DNA of 64,000 nucleotides, taken from positions 4,384,001 to 4,448,000 of the forward strand of contig OY730476.1 in NCBI GenBank assembly GCA_963422735.1, read 5' to 3'. A program made the position numbers and the translations under genes. Source of the stretch: Candidatus Latescibacterota bacterium. GTDB taxonomy: Bacteria > Latescibacterota > UBA2968 > UBA8231. Below, one piece after another: positions 56,044-64,000 of this stretch (position 1 is its first letter; each line of letters opens with the position of its first letter). Below the pieces are notes generated by a model, which did not search any database, was not told where the DNA came from, and saw only the letters and a program-made list of their open reading frames with translations.

Positions 56044-57159
56044 CTAGTGCGCCACCGAGCCATCGGCGTGGAAATTGCCCTTAATCGCCCAGCGCTCGTA
56101 CGGGTATTTCGCCAGTGCGTCCTCGACTATTTCAACCCCAATCCCCGGCCGATCTGTCAGTATCCGATAGCCGCCTTCTACCCGTAGTTGCTCATCGACG
56201 ATCTCGGCCATCGGCCCGCTGAGGGCGTTGTGCTCGGTGTGCGTGTAGTTGGGAATGGCTGCGGCTAGCTGTGCAAAAGCCGCGTTGTTGATGGGGCTGC
56301 CCATCAGATGGGGAAAAATCCCGACGAAAGCCGCCTCCGCCAGCGCGGCAATTTTCTTCACCTGTGTGAATCCGCCGGCCAAGGATACGTCCGGCCGAAT
56401 CAGGCTGACGATCTGGCGGTCGATCAAATCCTTAAACTGGAAGAGGTTGTAACACCGCTCGCCGGTGGCGATTGGGATGTTGATATGCCGGGCGACGTAC
56501 TCGAGGGCCTCCAAGCTCTGTGGAGGCAGCGGGTCCTCGTAGTACAGTATCTTAAAGGGCGTCAATTCCGTGGCCAGTGCGATCGCCTCTTCCGGCCGCA
56601 AGTTCCGATGGATCTCCAACCCCAAATCCACCCCGTCCCCAATCGCCTCCCGCGCCGCGGCCACCAATTCCACAGCCGTCGAGATATTGGCCGTACTAGT
56701 GCGCTGCTCAAACCCGCTGACAAACGGCCCCATTCGCAGCGACGTAAAGCCCTGCTCCACCCGCGCTTGTGCGCTCTCCCGTACTTCCGCGGGCGTCTGC
56801 CCGCCTACGTTCTCGTACACCTGTACCTTGTCGCGGCACTTGCCGCCCAACAATTGGTACACGGGCAAACCTACCGACTTGCCGAATATATCCCACAGCG
56901 CGATGTCTATCGCGCTCATCGCCGCGCTCATCGCCGAGCCCATGAAGTGCGCCGACCGCGACACCACCTGATAGTGGTGCTCGATGCGGAGCGGGTCTTT
57001 GCCCACGTAGTAATCACTCAACTCCCCAAGTGCCTCTTTCACCACCCCGTGATGCGCCCACAGCCCAGCCTCCCCGTTGCCGACGATCCCCTCATCCGCA
57101 TAGACCCGCACCAACAAAAACCTTCCCACTAAAAATGTCCGAATCTCTGTGATTTTCAT
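56044..57159 (-). CDS. Enolase-superfamily dehydratase (galactonate dehydratase-like)
   Basis: MKITEIR, SAIDIALWDI, YEDP, ATGER and RPD..AGG motifs. Confidence 0.88.
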   Translation of the reverse strand: MKITEIRTFLVGRFLLVRVYADEGIVGNGEAGLWAHHGVVKEALGELSDYYVGKDPLRIEHHYQVVSRSAHFMGSAMSAAMSAIDIALWDIFGKSVGLPVYQLLGGKCRDKVQVYENVGGQTPAEVRESAQARVEQGFTSLRMGPFVSGFEQRTSTANISTAVELVAAAREAIGDGVDLGLEIHRNLRPEEAIALATELTPFKILYYEDPLPPQSLEALEYVARHINIPIATGERCYNLFQFKDLIDRQIVSLIRPDVSLAGGFTQVKKIAALAEAAFVGIFPHLMGSPINNAAFAQLAAAIPNYTHTEHNALSGPMAEIVDEQLRVEGGYRILTDRPGIGVEIVEDALAKYPYERWAIKGNFHADGSVAH

Positions 57160-57211
57160 CTTCTTTTCCGTTTATGCAAATGTGCAACAGTGAAGCGCAA
57201 CCATGAGATCA

Positions 57212-57237
57212 AGGGCAGCCACAAGGGTTGCCCCTAC
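57212..57237 (-). repeat. GTAG-type REP hairpin, copy 3
   Basis: Minus strand GTAGGGGCAACCCTTGTGGCTGCCCT, abutting the PhyH stop codon. Confidence 0.75.
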
Positions 57238-57986
57238 TAGTACAAATTCATCAATCCTTCCGCGCCTTTGATTTGCTTCTTCGCAAAGCTCGGGCTAAGC
57301 CACCGCGCTCGCGATTCCCGCCCCGGATTGCGATACGCATACACCACGCACCACCGCGTGTCGCTGTCTTCCTTGCGCGGGCTGACTCCATGCGCCGCAT
57401 GCGTCCACATCAACACTACACTCCCCTGCGGCACGGAAAGCTCCTCGATTGCGAGCGGTTGGCCGCTAAACGCATGTACCTTCCCTGCCATCCACCCCTG
57501 TGCCAACTCGGCATCCGACTCCGCGCTAATGCTCGGATCGCGATACAAATGGCTCCCCGGCACCACCTTCAATCCGCCGTCGTCTGCCGCAAAGCCATTG
57601 ACGTAAAAAAACACCCGCACAAAACCTAGCACCGGATCGTCGTCGGCGTACTCGTGGCTGTGCCACTTGCTCCCCTGATTGCCCCCTGCGCGATTCAACG
57701 CCACACAGTGGTCGTAGCGGATCTCTGGCCCTAACACTCGGCGCACCAAGTATAGTAGCTGCGGATGCCCGATCAGGCTTTCCAAATAGGCGTCGAATTC
57801 AGCGGCATATCGCGGGGGGCGATATGCTTCGTCGCCGTGCGGCAGCGACTCGATGCGTACCAGTGCTGCGGTCAACCGAGTGCAAGCCGCATCGGTCAGG
57901 ATGCCCGGCAGTGCAAAATGCCCGTCGCGGTCGAGTACGGCCCGTTCGGCGGCACCAAAGGTAAAGGGACGAAACAGCGCTTCCAT
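57237..57986 (-). CDS. Phytanoyl-CoA dioxygenase (PhyH) family protein
   Basis: DRDGH, WHSH, GGLKVVPGSH, HAAHG and TRW motifs. Confidence 0.82.
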   Translation of the reverse strand: MEALFRPFTFGAAERAVLDRDGHFALPGILTDAACTRLTAALVRIESLPHGDEAYRPPRYAAEFDAYLESLIGHPQLLYLVRRVLGPEIRYDHCVALNRAGGNQGSKWHSHEYADDDPVLGFVRVFFYVNGFAADDGGLKVVPGSHLYRDPSISAESDAELAQGWMAGKVHAFSGQPLAIEELSVPQGSVVLMWTHAAHGVSPRKEDSDTRWCVVYAYRNPGRESRARWLSPSFAKKQIKGAEGLMNLY

Positions 57987-58037
57987 ACCTCAAATCTCCA
58001 GTCGAGTTGCATTCCCAAGACGAGCGCGTGTTCCAGG

Positions 58038-58793
58038 TTATGATCGCACCTCTTCAAAAAGCGAGGCCCGTGCGTGGAAATACGGTGGTTCAAAAAGCAG
58101 TGCCTGCCGCTCGGTTAAGGAGACGCTGCCCGGCGGCTCAATGTGGTTTTTGGACCACGACTGCTGCCCGGGGCTGTACTTGAACAGCAGCGAGCGCCGC
58201 TGGTGCGCGGCCCGCCACGGTGCGGTGCCGTGCGTGAGTGCCTCGGTAAAAATCACCACCGACCCGGCTTTCGCCTCCGGCACCACCACGCACCCGGCCT
58301 CGACATGGGCCTCGCGGATTTCCTGCGGACAGGGGTAATTGACTTTGTGGCTGCCCGGAATGCAGCAGAAACCGCCCTGCGCCGGTCCGGTGTCGGCCAA
58401 ATTCCAAGCGACGACCGTCAGCCCATTGTACATCTGTCCATTGCGGAAGTGGTAGTACTCCGGCGGGTCGTAGGGCGTGTTGCCCCCGTGCAACCCGAGC
58501 CGCTCGGCCCCGGCATCCAGATAGATCGCATAGTAGTGGTCGAGCCGGAAGCCATCGCCGAGGATCACTTTGAGCAGCGGCATAATGCGCTCGTGGTCGA
58601 GCAAATCGACAAAGGGCTGGCCCCACGTCAAAAACCCGCCGCTGTGTAGCCGCCCCTGAGCCTGCTCGACATCCGCGCCTATCTCTCGGGCGTCAATCAG
58701 CCGATTCAACTCGGCAACAGCTTCCGCATCCAACGCGTCCTCGACAATCAGATAGCCCTGTAGGTCAAACAGATATTGCTCCACTTCGGTCAT
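58038..58793 (-). CDS. Phytanoyl-CoA dioxygenase (PhyH) family protein
   Basis: FDLQGYL, LHGG, GGFCCIPGSHK, EALTHGT and RRSLLFKY motifs. Confidence 0.88.
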   Translation of the reverse strand: MTEVEQYLFDLQGYLIVEDALDAEAVAELNRLIDAREIGADVEQAQGRLHSGGFLTWGQPFVDLLDHERIMPLLKVILGDGFRLDHYYAIYLDAGAERLGLHGGNTPYDPPEYYHFRNGQMYNGLTVVAWNLADTGPAQGGFCCIPGSHKVNYPCPQEIREAHVEAGCVVVPEAKAGSVVIFTEALTHGTAPWRAAHQRRSLLFKYSPGQQSWSKNHIEPPGSVSLTERQALLFEPPYFHARASLFEEVRS

Positions 58794-58976
58794 ATGTAAT
58801 GGCTCCTATTGGGGTGGTCGTTAAGCGGGGCGCATCCGTGCGACTATAGCAATCCCTGAATGACTTGAACGATTCGAGATTCGGATCATCTTGTGAATAC
58901 TATTCTGTGCTCATCTGCGTCCATCCGCGGATTATCTTATGAATGATGAAGAATTTATTAGGGGGCAGGTGTCCTT

Positions 58977-59527
58977 CTACAAGTTCTGCTTCAGAAAACT
59001 TTTCAGCGGTTCCAGTGCGGTATTTTCAAAGTCCCAGTAACGAGGATCAAAAGGATCTTCAAGAATGCCGAGCACTTGCTTATAAGCATATATCTTTGCT
59101 TTTATACCGGGCGGCTCATATTCGCTCATGCACTTGCTTACGCACTGTCTGTATTCCTCAAAGCACTCAAAAATTCTTTCGTGTTCCGACCTTACTATTC
59201 TTTACTAGCAAATTTTCCACGGCTCCATTACTACTGTCGTCAGGAAAAAGAAATATCTTAAATCCTTCTAATCGTTCGAGAGTATGCTCAATATCGGTTT
59301 TGGTGCTTTCACAATCCAAGTCGGCGTCAAAGATAATTAGAACCTTTGACGCCTACATCCAAGGCATTTTCAATTTCGTTTTTAACACTGTCTTCTTTCA
59401 GATTATTCTTTCCTTTTGTTTGCTAGACGTTAAAAATTTCATCGGAATAGCCCAAATTTTTAATATAAGACTTTAGAAAATTCTCGTCCTCTTCGCCTTC
59501 GATAACAATCAAGGTTTTATCAGTCAT
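58977..59527 (-). pseudogene. DUF3226-like (TOPRIM-like) protein, degraded
   Basis: MTDKTLIVIEGEEDENFL, IIFDAD, IFLFPDD..GAVENLL, KAKIYAY, YWDFE..LEPLKSFL; in-frame TAG plus frameshifts; AT-rich. Confidence 0.7.
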
Positions 59528-59529
59528 GG

Positions 59530-60146
59530 CTAACGGCGAATATCTATACCCACATCTAAGGCATTTTTTAGCCCATCGGGCGAATATCTGTAGGCTTTGA
59601 TCCTGTCGTCATCGAGCTTGCCCAGCCAGAAGCAGGCGACAGAATCCGATTTGTCCTTCAAGGCCAGACTCAAACCCTTTATAACGTCACTGCTGTGAGT
59701 TGTCATGAATATCTGCGTGTGGTTTTGCTTGGAAGACTTCAGCACCATATCCCACATATATTTTATAGAAGAAACATGGAGTCCGTTTTCAATCTCGTCG
59801 ATAACTAAAATCTCATTCCTAGCCCAATAAATATTGGAGAGTATATTCAGAATACGTAATATCCCATCTCCAAGATGGTTAATCGGCAAAAAGCTATCCA
59901 CTCCAATATCGACCCTATCCTTATATCTCGCACTTTTGGCTCTATGGACTGAAGACTACTCACTAGCACGGCCTTGCGCTTTTCATTAAGCATCCTGCCA
60001 ACCATATTCGGACCGTATGACAGACCTAAAAACCAAATATGTGTAGTTTCCTTGTAATCTTCGTCGTAATCGTCCGCTTCCGCGCCGCTCAGATATGATT
60101 TGTACTCGTTCAGGCTATTGCCGAAGTCCATAAGACGCGCCTCCAT
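59530..60146 (-). pseudogene. AAA_15/AAA_21 ABC-type ATPase, truncated and frameshifted
   Basis: LGDG, Walker B ILVIDEIENGLH and QIFMTTHS present; no Walker A; frameshift near 59910. Confidence 0.78.
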
Positions 60147-60343
60147 ACTACTTTTTCGCCTGACACCTGTCAAGCACGTCTCATCTCAGCACACCGCTAC
60201 CGCAAATGCCGACTAGCCTGATTGCACCCTACCTGATTTCCGCTTTCTCGACTCCAAATAAATAGTAAATTACAGTAGCATCGCGGCTTTCCAAGCGCAC
60301 GCCCTTTGCATATCCTTCCCAAGCAATTCTAACAGGTGAAAAC

Positions 60344-61132
60344 ATGCTAACAACCGACGAGATGCACTTCTTCAAACGCAACGGCTACCTCATCAAGCGG
60401 GGTGTACTCGACCCCGCGCTCATGGAGTGCGCCCGCGCCCGGCTGTGGGACGGCGCACCTCCGAGCCGCCGCCGCGACGACCCCGCCACTTGGGTTGGCC
60501 CGTTCCGCAAAGACGAAGAAAACCTCGACGGTGCCAACCACCGCCGCGGCTTTCGCTGGAACTTCCGCGCACCGGGCGGCGAGGAGTGGATGGTGCGCCT
60601 GCTGGCCACCGACCCCAAGGTGTGGGCCATGGCCGAACAAATGCTCGGCAAAGGCCAGCTCGTCCAGCCCGAGCGCATCCGCGGCATCTATTGCACCCTG
60701 CCCTACGGTGATCACCCACCCCAAACCCTAGGCTGCCACACCGACGGCCATCCCTTCCACCTCGGCGTGGTTGGGTACATTGACGACGTGCCGCCCAACG
60801 GCGGCAGCTTCACAGTCTGGCCTGAAAGCCATCGCGCCTTTTACCCGACCTTTACTTCGCAGTACCTGCGCGACCAAGACGAAGCCGCCTACGAAGAAGT
60901 GCGCGCCGAATTCAACCAGCGTACGCCCGTTGATACCCACGGCCGGGCCGGCGACATCGTCTTCTGGCACCACCGCCTCGGCCACATGGCTAGCCCGAAC
61001 ACCTCGCGCCAATTGCGCCAAGCCGTGCTCTACGATTTTCTCAAGCAGGATATCGAGCAAACCCAACAGGAGCCACCGCAAAAGGACATGTGGCGCGACT
61101 GGTCGGACGAGATGCGCGCCATCACCCTATGA
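60344..61132 (+). CDS. Phytanoyl-CoA dioxygenase (PhyH) family protein
   Basis: FFKRNGYL, HTD, GGSFTVWPESH and AGDIVFWHHRLGH motifs. Confidence 0.85.
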   Translation: MLTTDEMHFFKRNGYLIKRGVLDPALMECARARLWDGAPPSRRRDDPATWVGPFRKDEENLDGANHRRGFRWNFRAPGGEEWMVRLLATDPKVWAMAEQMLGKGQLVQPERIRGIYCTLPYGDHPPQTLGCHTDGHPFHLGVVGYIDDVPPNGGSFTVWPESHRAFYPTFTSQYLRDQDEAAYEEVRAEFNQRTPVDTHGRAGDIVFWHHRLGHMASPNTSRQLRQAVLYDFLKQDIEQTQQEPPQKDMWRDWSDEMRAITL

Positions 61133-61205
61133 GAAATTCCAAGTGCGCCCCTCCCTGCTCTGCGCTCATCTGCGAATACATGGCCACCGGCGGTTTTCAG
61201 ACAAA

Positions 61206-62093
61206 TCACCCGGCAAAAGCATCCGAGGGCACGCCGCGCGCCCCAGGATCGAGCCGCACTAGCGAGCCAGCCAAAGGCTGAGCCTGCCGCGCCTCGGCAT
61301 CCAAGCCCTGGCAAGCCGAGGTGATGTAGAGCTGGTCCAAGCCCGCGCCGCCAAAGGCGCAGGACGTCACATTGGACATAGGTAGCTCCAAGTGGCGCAG
61401 CAAGTCTCCAGAGCGGGGATCGTAGCATACGACGCACCAGCCTCCGTACACGGCGATCCACAAGGCGTCCGCCTCGTCGATGGCCATGCCGTCGAACACC
61501 CCCGGGCCCCCGTATTCCACCACCACGCGCTCGTTGCTGATGGCTCCGCTGTCGCGGCAGTAGTCGTACGCGCGCACGTTGTTCAAGCCGGAGTCAATAA
61601 AGTACATGGTCTGCTGGTCGGTGCTCCAGACGATGCCGTTGGACACGCTGACCGGTGCGACCTTCTGGCTCACCAAGTGATCTACGTCGAGGCAGTAGAG
61701 TGCGCCGCGATCGGTCGTGCCCCCAAACTCCATCGTCCCCGCCCACAACCGCCCGGCCGGGTCGCACTTGCCGTCGTTGAAGCGGTTGGCAGGAATCGCA
61801 CGCTCGGGGTCTTCGCCGAGAGGCTCCATGCGCTCCGTCTCCAAGTCGATGTGGGCAAAGCCATTGTGCAAGGCCACGACGAGGCCGCCGCTGTGCCGCT
61901 TGACCACCGTACCCACAGCTTGGCACGTAGGGATGGTGCGGTTGACTCCGCTCGCCGGATCGTACACATACACCTCGTGGCCGAGGATATCGACCCAGTA
62001 CAACAACTGATCGTCCGCATCCCAAACGGCCCCCTCGCCGATGAGCGCGTCCTTTTTCACGACTAGTTCAGGAGCTATCTTTTTACTGTTCAT
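61206..62093 (-). CDS. SMP-30/gluconolactonase family protein
   Basis: GEGAVWD, RFNDGKCDPAGRLWAGTM, SNGIVWS, DGMAID and TSCAFGG motifs. Confidence 0.95.
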   Translation of the reverse strand: MNSKKIAPELVVKKDALIGEGAVWDADDQLLYWVDILGHEVYVYDPASGVNRTIPTCQAVGTVVKRHSGGLVVALHNGFAHIDLETERMEPLGEDPERAIPANRFNDGKCDPAGRLWAGTMEFGGTTDRGALYCLDVDHLVSQKVAPVSVSNGIVWSTDQQTMYFIDSGLNNVRAYDYCRDSGAISNERVVVEYGGPGVFDGMAIDEADALWIAVYGGWCVVCYDPRSGDLLRHLELPMSNVTSCAFGGAGLDQLYITSACQGLDAEARQAQPLAGSLVRLDPGARGVPSDAFAG

Positions 62094-62170
62094 CTTGGAT
62101 TTCCTCCTTTTGGGCAACACTAGGTTGCCTGCCGTTCTCTGTCAAACGCGCCGCTCAGGAGCACAACCCC

Positions 62171-63166
62171 ATGACCGCTTTCACTTATCAAGACTTCGAC
62201 CGCCAGCTCTGGAATCAGGAACTCGAAGACTTCGTCCCCGCCACGGTTTACGACATGCATACGCACCTGTGGTCTGAAGACCACAGAGGCTTGTTGACGG
62301 GCGAGCCTACCGGCCTGCGCGAGGAAATCGACTATCGCGATCACCTCTGCTGGGCGGCTAAACTCTACCCAGGCCGCGCCTTCCACATGCTGGCCTTGGG
62401 CACCCCGATGCCGGGCATGGATGCCGCCGGGCACAACGCCTGGATGGCGGCCCAGCTTGCCGCCGACCCCGAATCCGCAGTCAACATGATGGTCACTCCG
62501 GACATGACGCCCGAATACGTGGCGGCCCAAGTTGATGAGTACGGCTTCCTCGGCCTCAAACCCTACCGCACCTTTGCCCCAGACCCGGTCGGTGCCCGCA
62601 TCTGCGACTTCCTCCCGGAATCCCTCATTGAACTCGCTCACCACAAGAGGCTGGCCATCACCATGCATCTGGCCAAACCCACCGGCCCAGCCGACCCGGA
62701 CAACCAACGCGACTTAGCGCGCTACACCCGCGAATACCCCAACGCGCAGTGGATTTTGGCCCACTGCGCCCGTTCGTTCAATTCCTTTATGGTGGAAGAG
62801 GCCGTCCACTTCCTGTGCGATCTGCCCAATATATGGTACGACACCTCGGCAGTGAACGACCTGTATGCTCACTATCTGCTGATGAAACACGAAGATCGCA
62901 AGAGGGTGATGTTCGGGTCGGACAACATCGTCGCCGGCTGTGCGCGCGGTAAGTACATCACCTATGGCCGCGCCTGGCTGTTTTATCCTGGGGACGAGGC
63001 CGGTACGCCGCACTGCGACTCGCGGGCCACGCTCGTCATCTACGAGCAACTGCGCCAAGAGCGGCAAGTAGCCGAGATGCTGCAACTAACGCCCGCGGAA
63101 ATCGAAGATCACTTTGCCGGGAATGCCCAGCGGTTTCTGGCGATGATGCGCAGACAGGGTGCGTAG
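62171..63166 (+). CDS. Amidohydrolase family protein
   Basis: DMHTH, GLKPY, ILAHC, YDTS and MFGSD motifs. Confidence 0.88.
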   Translation: MTAFTYQDFDRQLWNQELEDFVPATVYDMHTHLWSEDHRGLLTGEPTGLREEIDYRDHLCWAAKLYPGRAFHMLALGTPMPGMDAAGHNAWMAAQLAADPESAVNMMVTPDMTPEYVAAQVDEYGFLGLKPYRTFAPDPVGARICDFLPESLIELAHHKRLAITMHLAKPTGPADPDNQRDLARYTREYPNAQWILAHCARSFNSFMVEEAVHFLCDLPNIWYDTSAVNDLYAHYLLMKHEDRKRVMFGSDNIVAGCARGKYITYGRAWLFYPGDEAGTPHCDSRATLVIYEQLRQERQVAEMLQLTPAEIEDHFAGNAQRFLAMMRRQGA

Positions 63167-63174
63167 CGTTCGTC

Positions 63175-63614
63175 ACCGCCTCGGCATCGTTAGTTCCACC
63201 TTCGCAGCGCGGCTACCATGATTTCCAGCCCGTGCCGGCCGCGCGGCCGGCGACGAACTGAGCGCGTCGATGATGCGGTCGGCGTCCTCTACGGTGGTCG
63301 GCCAGTGGCTTCTCGCGGAAAATGCCGCGCACACCCGCGGCCACCGCATCGCAGACCGGGCCGACGTGGAGGTAATCCGGGGTGGCCAGGCTCACCATGT
63401 CGAGGCGTTCCCGCTTCAACATCACGCGGTAATCCGCGCATTCGGCGATTTGCCCCAGCTCGATTTCGTCCCGCTGGTAAAAGCGCGTGAATACCTCCGG
63501 GTTTATGTCGCAGACCGCCGCGAACTCGTATTCCGGAGCGCGGGCGTATGCGTATCCATGATCCCAACCCACGCCCGTGCCAATAACGGCCGCACGCAAC
63601 TTGCCTTCAGACAT
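63175..63614 (-). pseudogene. Gfo/Idh/MocA oxidoreductase, internally deleted
   Basis: RAAVIG, AAVCD, ATPDYLH, EKPLA, then a jump to a C-terminal-like piece RHGLEIMVAAL..KVEL in other frames. Confidence 0.78.
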
Positions 63615-63628
63615 CTCTCGTTCCTTTC

Positions 63629-64000
63629 TCAAGTTTTCATGCGCCCGCGCACAAAAGCCGACGACGACGCCACCTGCTCTTCTTCTAGGCTGTGCAATAT
63701 CAACGACCCGTCAAAGCCGATCTGCCGCAAGAGCGCCAAGTAGTGATCGTAGTCGAGCAAACCCGTGCCCGCGGCTTGGTGCCCGGCGTCGCCGTCCCGC
63801 TCCAAGTCCTTGGCGTGAGCCAGCCGAATCGAATTCCCGAGCAAGTCGAATGCCTCGTCTAAGACCTCGCGCATGCTCGGTAGCTGGCCAGCGTGGAATA
63901 GGTTGGCTCCGTCGATAACCACCTGCAAGTGCTTGGACCGCACCTCGTCGAGCAAGCGCCTCGCCTTCTGCGCCGAATCCACCACATTGTTGACCTCCGG
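63629..64000 (-). CDS. Sugar phosphate isomerase/epimerase (TIM barrel), 3' part; starts beyond window
   Basis: PEVNNVVD, IDGANL, LAHAKD and GTGLLDY motifs. Confidence 0.85.
   Translation of the reverse strand, partial: PEVNNVVDSAQKARRLLDEVRSKHLQVVIDGANLFHAGQLPSMREVLDEAFDLLGNSIRLAHAKDLERDGDAGHQAAGTGLLDYDHYLALLRQIGFDGSLILHSLEEEQVASSSAFVRGRMKT

Noticed and set aside
58943-59476. 177-aa plus-strand ORF
   Set aside because: Antisense to the DUF3226-like pseudogene, whose motifs are on the minus strand.

Overview
GC-rich bacterial DNA with about 45 apparently intact CDS and about 15 gene remnants. No rRNA, tRNA or CRISPR array was seen. The gene content suggests a Latescibacterota/Handelsmanbacteria- or Poribacteria-like organism, possibly host-associated; this is inference only. 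It rests on several secreted proteins with a C-terminal FlgD-Ig-like sorting domain, two DUF6785/DUF6784-type membrane proteins, four enolase-superfamily acid-sugar dehydratases, three PhyH dioxygenases, two sugar ABC systems, sulfotransferases, and many TA/defence cassettes. All product calls come from recognising motifs by eye, not from database searches. Main non-standard observations: (1) cargo segments repeatedly bracketed by diverged, same-orientation copies of a gene boundary, with no integrase or intact transposase in the window. The copies are the 3' end of a DUF6785 gene around MNT-HEPN, the 3' end of an enolase gene around two secreted-protein genes, a promoter-like block around the CotH gene, and a 37-nt repeat around an EF-hand module. 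(2) A compact, ORF-less structured RNA at about 40544-40770 with HEARO/IscB omega-RNA-like hallmarks. (3) A perfect (CTAACCA)23 array between a DapA-family gene and an EptA-like gene. (4) A NiSOD whose Ni-hook directly follows a Sec signal peptide. (5) Three GTAG-type REP hairpins. (6) Pervasive deletion-driven pseudogenisation.
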